A stretch of DNA of 43,697 nt, from positions 1 through 43,697 of the forward strand of contig JBELJW010000002.1 of the NCBI GenBank assembly GCA_042089975.1, written 5' to 3'. The position numbers were made by a program, and so were the translations under genes. The notes below the pieces were generated by a model. That model was not told where the DNA came from and did not search any database. It saw only the letters and a list, made by a program, of their open reading frames with translations. Source of the DNA: Flavobacteriales bacterium (GTDB lineage Bacteria > Bacteroidota > Bacteroidia > Flavobacteriales_D > Sanyastnellaceae). Position 1 is the stretch's first letter; the number at the start of each line of letters is the position of its first letter. Of the stretch, positions 37,535-43,697 are shown piece after piece.

Positions 37535-38272
37535 TTAGCCAAGAAGCATTTGGGTCAGCAACAAATTGGCCACCATGACGATCACGACTGCATACACCAC
37601 AGCTTTGGTGCTGCTTCTTCCCACTTCCAAAGCGCCACCAGAAGTGAAGTAGCCGTGGTAGGCACTCACCGAAGAAATGATCAGTGCAAAAACACAGGTT
37701 TTGATCAAGGCATAGGTGACGTCAAAAGCATTGAAATCGATTTGCATGCCGTATTCGAAATCTGCTGCCGAACTCACCCCTGTGGAAACCCCCACCCACA
37801 TGCCTGCGCCGATGCCGAGGGCCATGCTGAGAATCACCAAAAAGGGAATGCATACGAGGGCGGCAATCATCTTGGGAAGCACCAGATATCCTGCACTGTT
37901 GACCCCCATGATCTCTAGGGCATCGATCTGCTCCGTGACGCGCATCGTCCCCAATTGAGAGGCAATGTTCGAGCCAACCTTTCCCGCCAAAATCACGGGG
38001 ATCAAGGTGGGACTGAATTCCAGAATCATGGTCTGTCGGACCGTGAAGCCAATCGTGTACACCGGGATCCATCCACCAATTTGGTGCGCTGTTTGAATGC
38101 AAATCACGGCCCCCATGAAGACGCTCAACAAAGCCACAATACCGAGGCTTTGAAGGCCAATGGCATTCATTTCCTCCACCAACAAGCGACGAAAAATTTC
38201 GCCTCGCTCAGGACGTCGAATCACGTGACGCATGAACGCAGCGTAGCGGCCGATGTGGAAAAACACACGCAT
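37535..38272 (-). CDS. ABC transporter permease, MlaE-like
   Basis: MRVFFHIGRYAAFMRHVIRRPERGEIFRRLLVEEMNAIGLQSLGIVALLSVFMGAV.. plus several further TM segments fit the MlaE/YrbE family (about 245 aa). I moved the start from 38809 to ATG 38272. The upstream 179 codons are Gly/His/Arg-rich antisense-type sequence. Confidence 0.8.
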   Translation of the reverse strand: MRVFFHIGRYAAFMRHVIRRPERGEIFRRLLVEEMNAIGLQSLGIVALLSVFMGAVICIQTAHQIGGWIPVYTIGFTVRQTMILEFSPTLIPVILAGKVGSNIASQLGTMRVTEQIDALEIMGVNSAGYLVLPKMIAALVCIPFLVILSMALGIGAGMWVGVSTGVSSAADFEYGMQIDFNAFDVTYALIKTCVFALIISSVSAYHGYFTSGGALEVGRSSTKAVVYAVVIVMVANLLLTQMLLG

Positions 38273-38276
38273 GGGA

Positions 38277-38284
38277 CGAAGGTA
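38277..38284 (-). promoter_or_regulatory. -7-like box TACCTTCG, 4 nt upstream of the mlaE-like ATG
   Basis: The minus strand reads TACCTTCG-tccc-ATG(38272). It lies back-to-back with the plus-strand TAACTTCG box, 5 nt away. Confidence 0.35.
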
Positions 38285-38289
38285 CAAGC

Positions 38290-38297
38290 TAACTTCG
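38290..38297 (+). promoter_or_regulatory. -7-like box TAACTTCG, 5 nt upstream of the sORF ATG
   Basis: The sequence reads TAACTTCG-cggtc-ATG(38303). Confidence 0.3.
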
Positions 38298-38302
38298 CGG
38301 TC

Positions 38303-38446
38303 ATGAACCTTCAAGGATTCAGACTTCTCCTGACCGCTTGTGCATTTCTCTTGCTCTTGGGGACAGGATGCACCACCACCCGTGGGACCAAGGGCAAGTG
38401 CCCTACCTGTCCCGAATGGTCGGTGGCACACCCCACCAATCGATAA
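38303..38446 (+). CDS. Candidate 47-aa lipoprotein sORF with CxxC motif
   Basis: The product is MNLQGFRLLLTACAFLLLLGTGCTTTRGTKGKCPTCPEWSVAHPTNR. It has a positively charged N-region, a hydrophobic core and Gly-Cys at a lipobox-like position. The mature part is a 25-aa Thr/Lys/Gly-rich peptide containing CPTC. It fills most of the otherwise unexplained 180-bp gap. Its TAA stop lies 6 nt before the next ATG. It is not listed separately in the ORF track, because it is the tail of the 37955-38446 frame. Confidence 0.35.
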   Translation: MNLQGFRLLLTACAFLLLLGTGCTTTRGTKGKCPTCPEWSVAHPTNR

Positions 38447-38452
38447 CTTCTG

Positions 38453-39547
38453 ATGGCCCACATTCCCCATACATACGCCGTCATCATGGCGGGAGGCATC
38501 GGCTCGCGGTTTTGGCCCATGTCCCGCTCTGCCCAACCCAAACAGTTTTTGGACATCCTTGGGACTGGACGCTCCCTGATCCGCATGACCTATGACAGGC
38601 TCGAAAAACTGGTGCCTGCAGACCACATCTTGGTCGTCACGAATGCACGGTACAAAGACCTCGTCGCCGCCCACCTTCCGGACCTGCCTTCTGACAACAT
38701 CTTGTGCGAGCCTTTCATGCGCAACACCGCCCCGTGCATCGCCTATGCCAATGCAGTGATTGCCTCTCGCGATCCAGAAGCCTCCATGGTGGTGGCCCCC
38801 TCCGACCATCTCATTTTGGACGAATCCGGGTTCCTAGAGGTGTGCAAGACGGCCTTGGACGTGACGCGCGAAACCACCAACCTCGTCACTTTGGGCATCC
38901 AGCCCACCAGGCCCGACACGGGGTACGGCTACATCCAATACGAGGAGTCCAGTGACCCTGCACGCGCTGAAGTGCGCCGTGTCAAAACGTTCACGGAAAA
39001 GCCCGATGCAGACACCGCAAAGACGTTTGTCCGGTCCGGGGAGTTTTGCTGGAACAGTGGGATCTTCGTTTGGTCCCTGCGGAACATTCAAGCTGCGTTT
39101 GAGGCCCACCTTCCCGACATGTTGCATGAATTCAAAGGACTTGACTTGGACAATGAAGCCCAGCTGAACACTGTCTTTGGGCACTGCGAGAGCATCAGCA
39201 TCGACTACGGGATCATGGAAAAGGTCGACCAAGTGCAGGTGGTCCTATGCGACATTGGTTGGAGTGATTTGGGCACTTGGGGCAGCCTCAAGCAGAAGCT
39301 CGAAGACGATCCGCAGGGCAATGCCAGCATCCATGTTGAATTGCGCGCTGTAGATGCAGGAAACAACTTGGTGGTGGGCTCGTCCCAAAATGGCGCTGTC
39401 CAAAAGCTTGTGGCCATCAAAGGCATCGACAACCTGATTGTGGTGGACACGCCTCACGCCCTGCTCATCTGCCCGGCAGAAGAAGAACAGTGGGTGAAGA
39501 CTTTGGTCGGAGAACTCAAGCAAGACAAAGGCGAGCCCTTGGTGTGA
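38453..39547 (+). CDS. Mannose-1-phosphate guanylyltransferase (short form, nucleotidyltransferase domain only)
   Basis: YAVIMAGGIGSRFWPMSRSAQPKQFLDILG is the sugar-nucleotidyltransferase G-loop. Further blocks are VVAPSDHLI and LVTLGIQPTRPDTGYGYI. At 364 aa it lacks the C-terminal cupin/PMI domain. Confidence 0.85.
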   Translation: MAHIPHTYAVIMAGGIGSRFWPMSRSAQPKQFLDILGTGRSLIRMTYDRLEKLVPADHILVVTNARYKDLVAAHLPDLPSDNILCEPFMRNTAPCIAYANAVIASRDPEASMVVAPSDHLILDESGFLEVCKTALDVTRETTNLVTLGIQPTRPDTGYGYIQYEESSDPARAEVRRVKTFTEKPDADTAKTFVRSGEFCWNSGIFVWSLRNIQAAFEAHLPDMLHEFKGLDLDNEAQLNTVFGHCESISIDYGIMEKVDQVQVVLCDIGWSDLGTWGSLKQKLEDDPQGNASIHVELRAVDAGNNLVVGSSQNGAVQKLVAIKGIDNLIVVDTPHALLICPAEEEQWVKTLVGELKQDKGEPLV

Positions 39548-39554
39548 GGGTGCC

Positions 39555-40949
39555 TCAACGGCGACCCACCATGTCCGAAGGCACCACCCATGCGTCGTAT
39601 TCCTCCTCTGTAAGATAGCCGGTGGACAAGGCCGCGACCTTGAGTGTGGTGCCCTCCGCATGTGCCTTGCCAGCAATCTCTGCGGCCTTGTAGTACCCAA
39701 TCTTGGTGTTGAGCGCGGTGACGAGCATCAAGCTGTTGTCCACCAACTCTTGGATGCGCTGCGTGTTGGCCTCCATGCCCTCAATACAGTGTGTTGCAAA
39801 AGACCTCGATGCATCGCCAATCAGGCGCGCAGACTCCAAGATGTTTTTGGCCATCATGGGCTTGAAAACGTTCAGCTCGTAATGTCCCTGGGTGCCGCCA
39901 ATGGTCACCGCCACGTCGTTGCCCATGACTTGGGCACAAACCATGGTCAGGGCCTCACACTGGGTGGGGTTGACTTTGCCAGGCATGATGCTCGATCCCG
40001 GTTCATTGGCAGGCAAAAGCAACTCTCCAATCCCCGAGCGCGGCCCCGAACCCATCATCCGGATGTCGTTGGCCACCTTGTTGAGGGACACGGCGAGCTG
40101 CTTGAGCGCACCATGGGTTTCCACAATGGCGTCGTGTGCCGCAAGCGCTTCAAATTTGTTCTCGGCCGTCACAAAAGGATGGCCTGTGGACGTCGCGATG
40201 TGCTTGGCCACGAGGACGTCATATCCTTCAGGAGTATTGATGCCCGTGCCAACGGCAGTGCCCCCCAAGGCCAACTGTTTGAGATGTGGCAAGGTGTTCC
40301 GCAACGCCTTCAACCCAAAGTCCAATTGGGCAACGTACCCCCCAAGTTCTTGGCCAAGGGTCAACGGGGTGGCATCCATCAAATGGGTGCGGCCGATTTT
40401 GACCACGTCGTCCCATTCGTTTGCCTTGGTGTTCAATGCAGTTCGCAATTGCTCCACACCAGGAATGGTGGTCTCCACCACCATGGCGTACGCCGCAATG
40501 TGCATCGCCGTGGGGTAGGTGTCGTTGGAGCTTTGGCTCTTGTTCACATCGTCGTTGGGGTGGACCGGCCGCGTCCCTTCCCCGAGGGTCCCTCCTGCAA
40601 GAACATGGGCGCGGTTGGCGATCACCTCATTCACGTTCATGTTGCTTTGGGTCCCTGAGCCCGTTTGCCACACCACCAATGGGAACTGATCGTCGAGCTT
40701 CCCTTGCAAAATCTCCTCACATGCAGCAGCAATCAAATCGGTTTTGGAGGCTTCCAACACGCCAAGTTCTCGGTTGGTCCAAGCTGCCGCCCTTTTCAGA
40801 TGCGCAAACGCGCGGACGATTTCCATGGGCATGGAGCCCACAGGGCCAATCTTGAAGTTGTTTCTTGACCGCTCGGTTTGCGCACCCCAAAACTTGTCGG
40901 CGGGCACGTGAACCTCGCCAAGTGTGTCTTTCTCAATCCTTGTCGACAT
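39555..40949 (-). CDS. fumC: Class II fumarate hydratase
   Basis: The sequence contains the [11 protein letters not shown] signature loop, the [12 protein letters not shown]-terminus and [14 protein letters not shown]. Confidence 0.96.
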   Translation of the reverse strand: MSTRIEKDTLGEVHVPADKFWGAQTERSRNNFKIGPVGSMPMEIVRAFAHLKRAAAWTNRELGVLEASKTDLIAAACEEILQGKLDDQFPLVVWQTGSGTQSNMNVNEVIANRAHVLAGGTLGEGTRPVHPNDDVNKSQSSNDTYPTAMHIAAYAMVVETTIPGVEQLRTALNTKANEWDDVVKIGRTHLMDATPLTLGQELGGYVAQLDFGLKALRNTLPHLKQLALGGTAVGTGINTPEGYDVLVAKHIATSTGHPFVTAENKFEALAAHDAIVETHGALKQLAVSLNKVANDIRMMGSGPRSGIGELLLPANEPGSSIMPGKVNPTQCEALTMVCAQVMGNDVAVTIGGTQGHYELNVFKPMMAKNILESARLIGDASRSFATHCIEGMEANTQRIQELVDNSLMLVTALNTKIGYYKAAEIAGKAHAEGTTLKVAALSTGYLTEEEYDAWVVPSDMVGRR

Positions 40950-40973
40950 GTTGGTATCGTGTGTTCGTTGGCA

Positions 40974-42080
40974 TCAGTCTTCGCTGTGGTCGGCCCCTGC
41001 CCCTTCGCCCATCAAGAAAGCGCGGAGAAACCCGTCGAGGTCGCCGTTCATTACTGCATCCACATTGGACGTCTCATGGCCAGTACGGACGTCCTTGACC
41101 ATCTTGTAGGGCTGCATCACGTACGAACGGATTTGGGAACCCCATTCAATTTTTTTCTTGTCGGCCTCAATCTCTGCGCGGGCTTCGTTGCGCTTGGCGA
41201 TCTCCATTTCGTAGAGTTGGGACTTCAACAGCTGCATGGCCTTCTCCTTGTTGCCCAATTGGGAGCGCGTTTCCGTGTTGTCGATGATGATGCCGGTGGG
41301 TGCGTGACGCAAACGAACGCCCGTCTCGACCTTGTTGACGTTTTGGCCCCCTGCGCCGCCTGAACGGAACGTTTCCCAAGTGATGTCAGAGGGGTTGACG
41401 TGGATGTCGATGGTGTCGTCCACAAGGGGGTACACGTACACGCTGACAAAACTCGTATGCCGTCTGGCATTGCTGTCAAACGGGCTGATCCGAACCAAGC
41501 GGTGCACCCCGTTTTCGCCTTTCAGCATCCCAAAGGAAAAGTCGCCAGAAAACTCCAAGGTCACTTGTTTGATGCCGGCCACATCGCCGTCTTGCAAGTC
41601 CAGTTCTTTCACCTTGTGGCCATTCTTCTCTCCCCACATGCGGTACATCCGCATCAACATCGACGCCCAGTCGCAGCTTTCTGTGCCCCCAGCTCCTGAA
41701 GTGATTTGCATCACGGCATTGAGGCTGTCCTCCTCTGCGCTGAGCATGTTCTTGAACTCCAGCTCCTCCACCGAGGTCAAAGCTCCTGCAAACGCTGCAT
41801 CCACCTCACCCTCTTCCGCTTCCCCTGCCTTCATGAATTCGTGGAGCACAAGCACGTCCTCCACCGCGGAGCCGCAAGCATCGTAGGCGTCCACCCAGCT
41901 TTTTTTGGTCCGCATCCGTTTCATCACCTTCTCGGCGGCCTTGGAGTCGTTCCAGAATTCTGGGTCTTGCGTCAGCTTCTCATCTTCCGCAATTTCCATT
42001 CGCTTTTGTTCCACCGCCAGGTACCCCTTCAATTCTTCCACGCGCTTGGCCAGGGAATGGATTTTGTCAACCGTCAACAT
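40974..42080 (-). CDS. prfB: Peptide chain release factor 2, encoded without programmed frameshift
   Basis: The SPF tripeptide (RISPFDS) and GGQ ([15 protein letters not shown]) are present. A single 368-codon frame reads through the region homologous to the E. coli slip site (..[11 protein letters not shown]..). Confidence 0.93.
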   Translation of the reverse strand: MLTVDKIHSLAKRVEELKGYLAVEQKRMEIAEDEKLTQDPEFWNDSKAAEKVMKRMRTKKSWVDAYDACGSAVEDVLVLHEFMKAGEAEEGEVDAAFAGALTSVEELEFKNMLSAEEDSLNAVMQITSGAGGTESCDWASMLMRMYRMWGEKNGHKVKELDLQDGDVAGIKQVTLEFSGDFSFGMLKGENGVHRLVRISPFDSNARRHTSFVSVYVYPLVDDTIDIHVNPSDITWETFRSGGAGGQNVNKVETGVRLRHAPTGIIIDNTETRSQLGNKEKAMQLLKSQLYEMEIAKRNEARAEIEADKKKIEWGSQIRSYVMQPYKMVKDVRTGHETSNVDAVMNGDLDGFLRAFLMGEGAGADHSED

Positions 42081-42084
42081 GAGG

Positions 42085-42092
42085 CAAAAGTA
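42085..42092 (-). promoter_or_regulatory. Perfect -7 box TACTTTTG, 4 nt upstream of the prfB ATG
   Basis: The minus strand reads TACTTTTG-cctc-ATG(42080). It lies in the 41-nt gap after recX. Confidence 0.45.
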
Positions 42093-42121
42093 GGTTCCGC
42101 GGGGTCAAGCCCCACATGTGT

Positions 42122-42613
42122 TCATCGGTCCGATGCCTCCTTCAAGGCCCGGAGCACCATGTGCTGAGGAAAACCGCGTTGCATCAACCACCTCAAGACC
42201 CTTTCACGATGCGCCTCCAAGTCTTCGGAACGTCGAGAAAGCAAGGCGTTTGCGGCTGCCTGCCACGCATGCTCGTCGAACGCGGCAATGGCGCGGTCGA
42301 TGTGCTTCGAGGCGACCCCTCGGGCAGAGAGACCTGCACGGATTTTCAAGGGGCCCCATGACTTGTGTTCCAAATGGACCCGCGCGTAGGATGATGCGCA
42401 ACGTGCGTCGTCCAAAAACCCTTCCGCCAATAGAAGGTCCATCCCACGTGCCACCCAGGACTCAGCTTCGGACGAAGTTGGGGGTGGATCCATTTTGCGC
42501 AGCACTTCCTGGAATTTCGCCAAAGCTTCCCGCTCGCTCCGGTCGCGCAAACCACACCACTTTCGAACCCGGTCCAACGCCGCCTTGAGGGCTTTATTCT
42601 GCTTGCTTTGCAT
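42122..42613 (-). CDS. recX: Regulatory protein RecX
   Basis: The helical-repeat protein carries ..ALKAALDRVRKWCGLRDRSEREALAKF.. near the N-terminus, and ..GFLDDARCASSYAR.. and ..RWLMQRGF.. further on. These are typical RecX repeats. I chose the start at ATG 42613 (163 aa) rather than 42742, which would overlap the divergent DUF349 start. Confidence 0.6.
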   Translation of the reverse strand: MQSKQNKALKAALDRVRKWCGLRDRSEREALAKFQEVLRKMDPPPTSSEAESWVARGMDLLLAEGFLDDARCASSYARVHLEHKSWGPLKIRAGLSARGVASKHIDRAIAAFDEHAWQAAANALLSRRSEDLEAHRERVLRWLMQRGFPQHMVLRALKEASDR

Positions 42614-42667
42614 GTCCACGGCTGAAAGGTGCACAGAAAACCCGTATTTTGCAGATTCTAACCATCC

Positions 42668-42675
42668 CAACTTCA
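42668..42675 (+). promoter_or_regulatory. Degenerate -7-like box CAACTTCA, 5 nt upstream of the DUF349 ATG
   Basis: The sequence reads CAACTTCA-ccgcc-ATG(42681). The core and offset match the other boxes, but positions 1 and 8 deviate. Confidence 0.15.
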
Positions 42676-42680
42676 CCGCC

Positions 42681-43697
42681 ATGCGGTCAGAAATTTTGCA
42701 ACGTATCCAAACGCTCCTCGGCAACGAGGACTTGGAGGCCATCCGAAAGGATGTGCGCAGTGAGATCGAGTCGTTTCGTTCCTTGATTCAAGAAGACTTC
42801 CGAACCCAACGCGAGGCTTGGGCGGAATCGGAGCATGATCCCGACGACAAATTCGAGTTTCAACCCAGCGAAGAAGAAATTGAATTCAACGGTCTTCTGA
42901 CGCAGTTCAAAGAGAGGGAGAAGGCCTGGAAGCAGAAGATTGCAGAGGAGCAACGCGCCAACTTGGAAGTGAAGCTCGCCTTGATCGATGAGCTCAAAAA
43001 AACCATCCAAGAAGAAGAGAACATCGGCGCGGCCTTTGCCCGGTTCAATGCGGTTCGTGAGAAGTGGGAAGCCACAGGGGATGTTCCTGGAGACCGCTAC
43101 CGCGAAGTGCACGATGAATACCATCGTTTGCGGGACGAGTTTTTCTACAACATCAACATCTACAAGCAGCTCCAAGAGCATGACTTGCAGAAGAATCTGA
43201 AGTTGAAAGAAGCCCTCATTGCCCAAGCCCAAACCCTCGAAACCATGGAGGGTCTGAAAGAACGTGAAGCGCTCGCCCGGTCCCTTCAAAAACAATGGTT
43301 CGACATTGGTCCCTCCCCGCGGGAGACCTTCCAAGCCATGGCGGACACCTTTTTTGGATTGACGCGGTCCACCTTTGATGCCGTCAAGGAGCACTACGAC
43401 GCCATCCGGTCCCAATTCGAAGTGCACAAAGGAGAAAAGGAAGGGTTGATCACAGCCATCCAAGAAGCCCTGACACAGGACATCGAAGACCACAAGGGGT
43501 GGCAAGCCGCCACAAAGCAAGTGGTCGCTCTGCAAGCAAAGTGGAAATCCACAGGCTTTGCAGGCAAGGAACACAACGAGGCTCTATGGGGACAATTCCG
43601 AGAGGCCGCCGATGTGTTCTTCGAGCGCAAACAGGTGTTCTACGACCGTGTCAAAGCCTCGAGCAAGGTGAGCAAGGAGAAAAAAATGGCCCTGATC
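42681..43697 (+). CDS. DUF349 domain protein, N-terminal 339 codons (3' end outside the window)
   Basis: The frame is open from ATG 42681 to the window edge. It is absent from the ORF track, presumably because it has no stop. The translation shows repeated ..F..L..KW...G.VP......L...F......FF.. helical units, for example AFARFNAVREKWEATGDVPGDRYREVHDEYHRLRDEFFYN and VVALQAKWKSTGFAGKEHNEALWGQFREAADVFFERK. These are characteristic of DUF349. Confidence 0.7.
   Translation, partial: MRSEILQRIQTLLGNEDLEAIRKDVRSEIESFRSLIQEDFRTQREAWAESEHDPDDKFEFQPSEEEIEFNGLLTQFKEREKAWKQKIAEEQRANLEVKLALIDELKKTIQEEENIGAAFARFNAVREKWEATGDVPGDRYREVHDEYHRLRDEFFYNINIYKQLQEHDLQKNLKLKEALIAQAQTLETMEGLKEREALARSLQKQWFDIGPSPRETFQAMADTFFGLTRSTFDAVKEHYDAIRSQFEVHKGEKEGLITAIQEALTQDIEDHKGWQAATKQVVALQAKWKSTGFAGKEHNEALWGQFREAADVFFERKQVFYDRVKASSKVSKEKKMALI

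Noticed and set aside
38303-39547. The sORF and the guanylyltransferase are in the same reading frame, separated only by TAA plus two codons. This raises the possibility of stop-codon readthrough or a broken longer gene.
   Set aside because: Fusing a lipoprotein signal peptide to a cytoplasmic nucleotidyltransferase makes no biological sense. The transferase N-terminus (..YAVIMAGGIGSRFWP) starts at the normal distance from its own ATG.
39545-39557. Small palindromes at convergent gene ends: TGAGG-gtg-CCTCA here and TGAGcCTCA at 27162-27170.
   Set aside because: They arise trivially from opposed TGA/TCA stop codons. The stems are 4-5 bp, too short to argue for terminators.
1-43697. Search by eye for tRNA/rRNA genes, CRISPR repeats, IS or transposase, integrase, phage, toxin-antitoxin or restriction-modification genes, and direct or inverted long DNA repeats.
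   Set aside because: I recognised none. Every ORF above about 60 aa that is not antisense to a confident gene was assigned. The intergenic gaps are all 180 bp or shorter. A proper scan (tRNAscan-SE, Infernal/Rfam, a repeat finder) would be needed to exclude small RNAs formally.

Overview
This window is a dense, nearly gap-free stretch of chromosomal backbone with about 36 CDS. I saw no rRNA, tRNA, CRISPR array, transposase, integrase or phage gene. The source looks like a GC-rich member of the Bacteroidota. That call rests on gldH, two proteins with T9SS C-terminal sorting domains, IPExxxVDY-, DUF2480-, DUF349- and DUF6341-type genes, a long-form ispG, and TAnnTTTG-type promoter boxes.

Gene order, left to right:
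- S41 peptidase 3' end, then an O-antigen-ligase-like membrane protein.
- A fused GT2-GT9 LPS-core glycosyltransferase (minus strand).
- purD, then a small membrane protein (minus strand).
- A roughly 1240-aa T9SS adhesin with SprB-type repeats and a PKD domain.
- purQ, dxs, DUF2480, polA, then an unknown lipoprotein plus small secreted protein pair.
- A convergent hairpin terminator.
- A long minus-strand run: M43 metalloprotease (T9SS), gldH, PSP1, holB, a TonB-dependent receptor, recO.
- ispG.
- A second minus-strand run: lspA, a TraR/DksA-like protein, ileS, pyk, IPExxxVDY, rnc, fabF, acpP, an iodotyrosine-deiodinase-like flavoenzyme, and a MlaF/MlaE-like ABC pair.
- A candidate 47-aa lipoprotein sORF and a mannose-1-phosphate guanylyltransferase.
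- fumC, prfB and recX (minus strand), then the 5' part of a DUF349 gene that runs off the window.

I did not find a convincing multi-gene novel system such as a defence island, toxin-antitoxin pair or mobile element. This is an ordinary core region.

The observations most worth a second look:
1. A recurrent octamer, TAnnTT[T/C/A]G, ends 4-6 nt before at least 9-11 start codons. TACCTTCG occurs three times at the same offset. This suggests pervasive leaderless transcription, or an unrecognised initiation signal.
2. An unlisted 47-aa lipoprotein-like sORF with a CxxC motif sits in the largest intergenic gap.
3. An IYD-like dehalogenase is translationally coupled to an Mla-like ABC transporter.
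4. RNase III and PSP1 both carry Arg/Gly-rich C-terminal tails.
5. prfB is uninterrupted, with no +1 frameshift, in a window where 30 of 35 stop codons are TGA.

All family assignments come from motif recognition by eye and memory. No searches were run.
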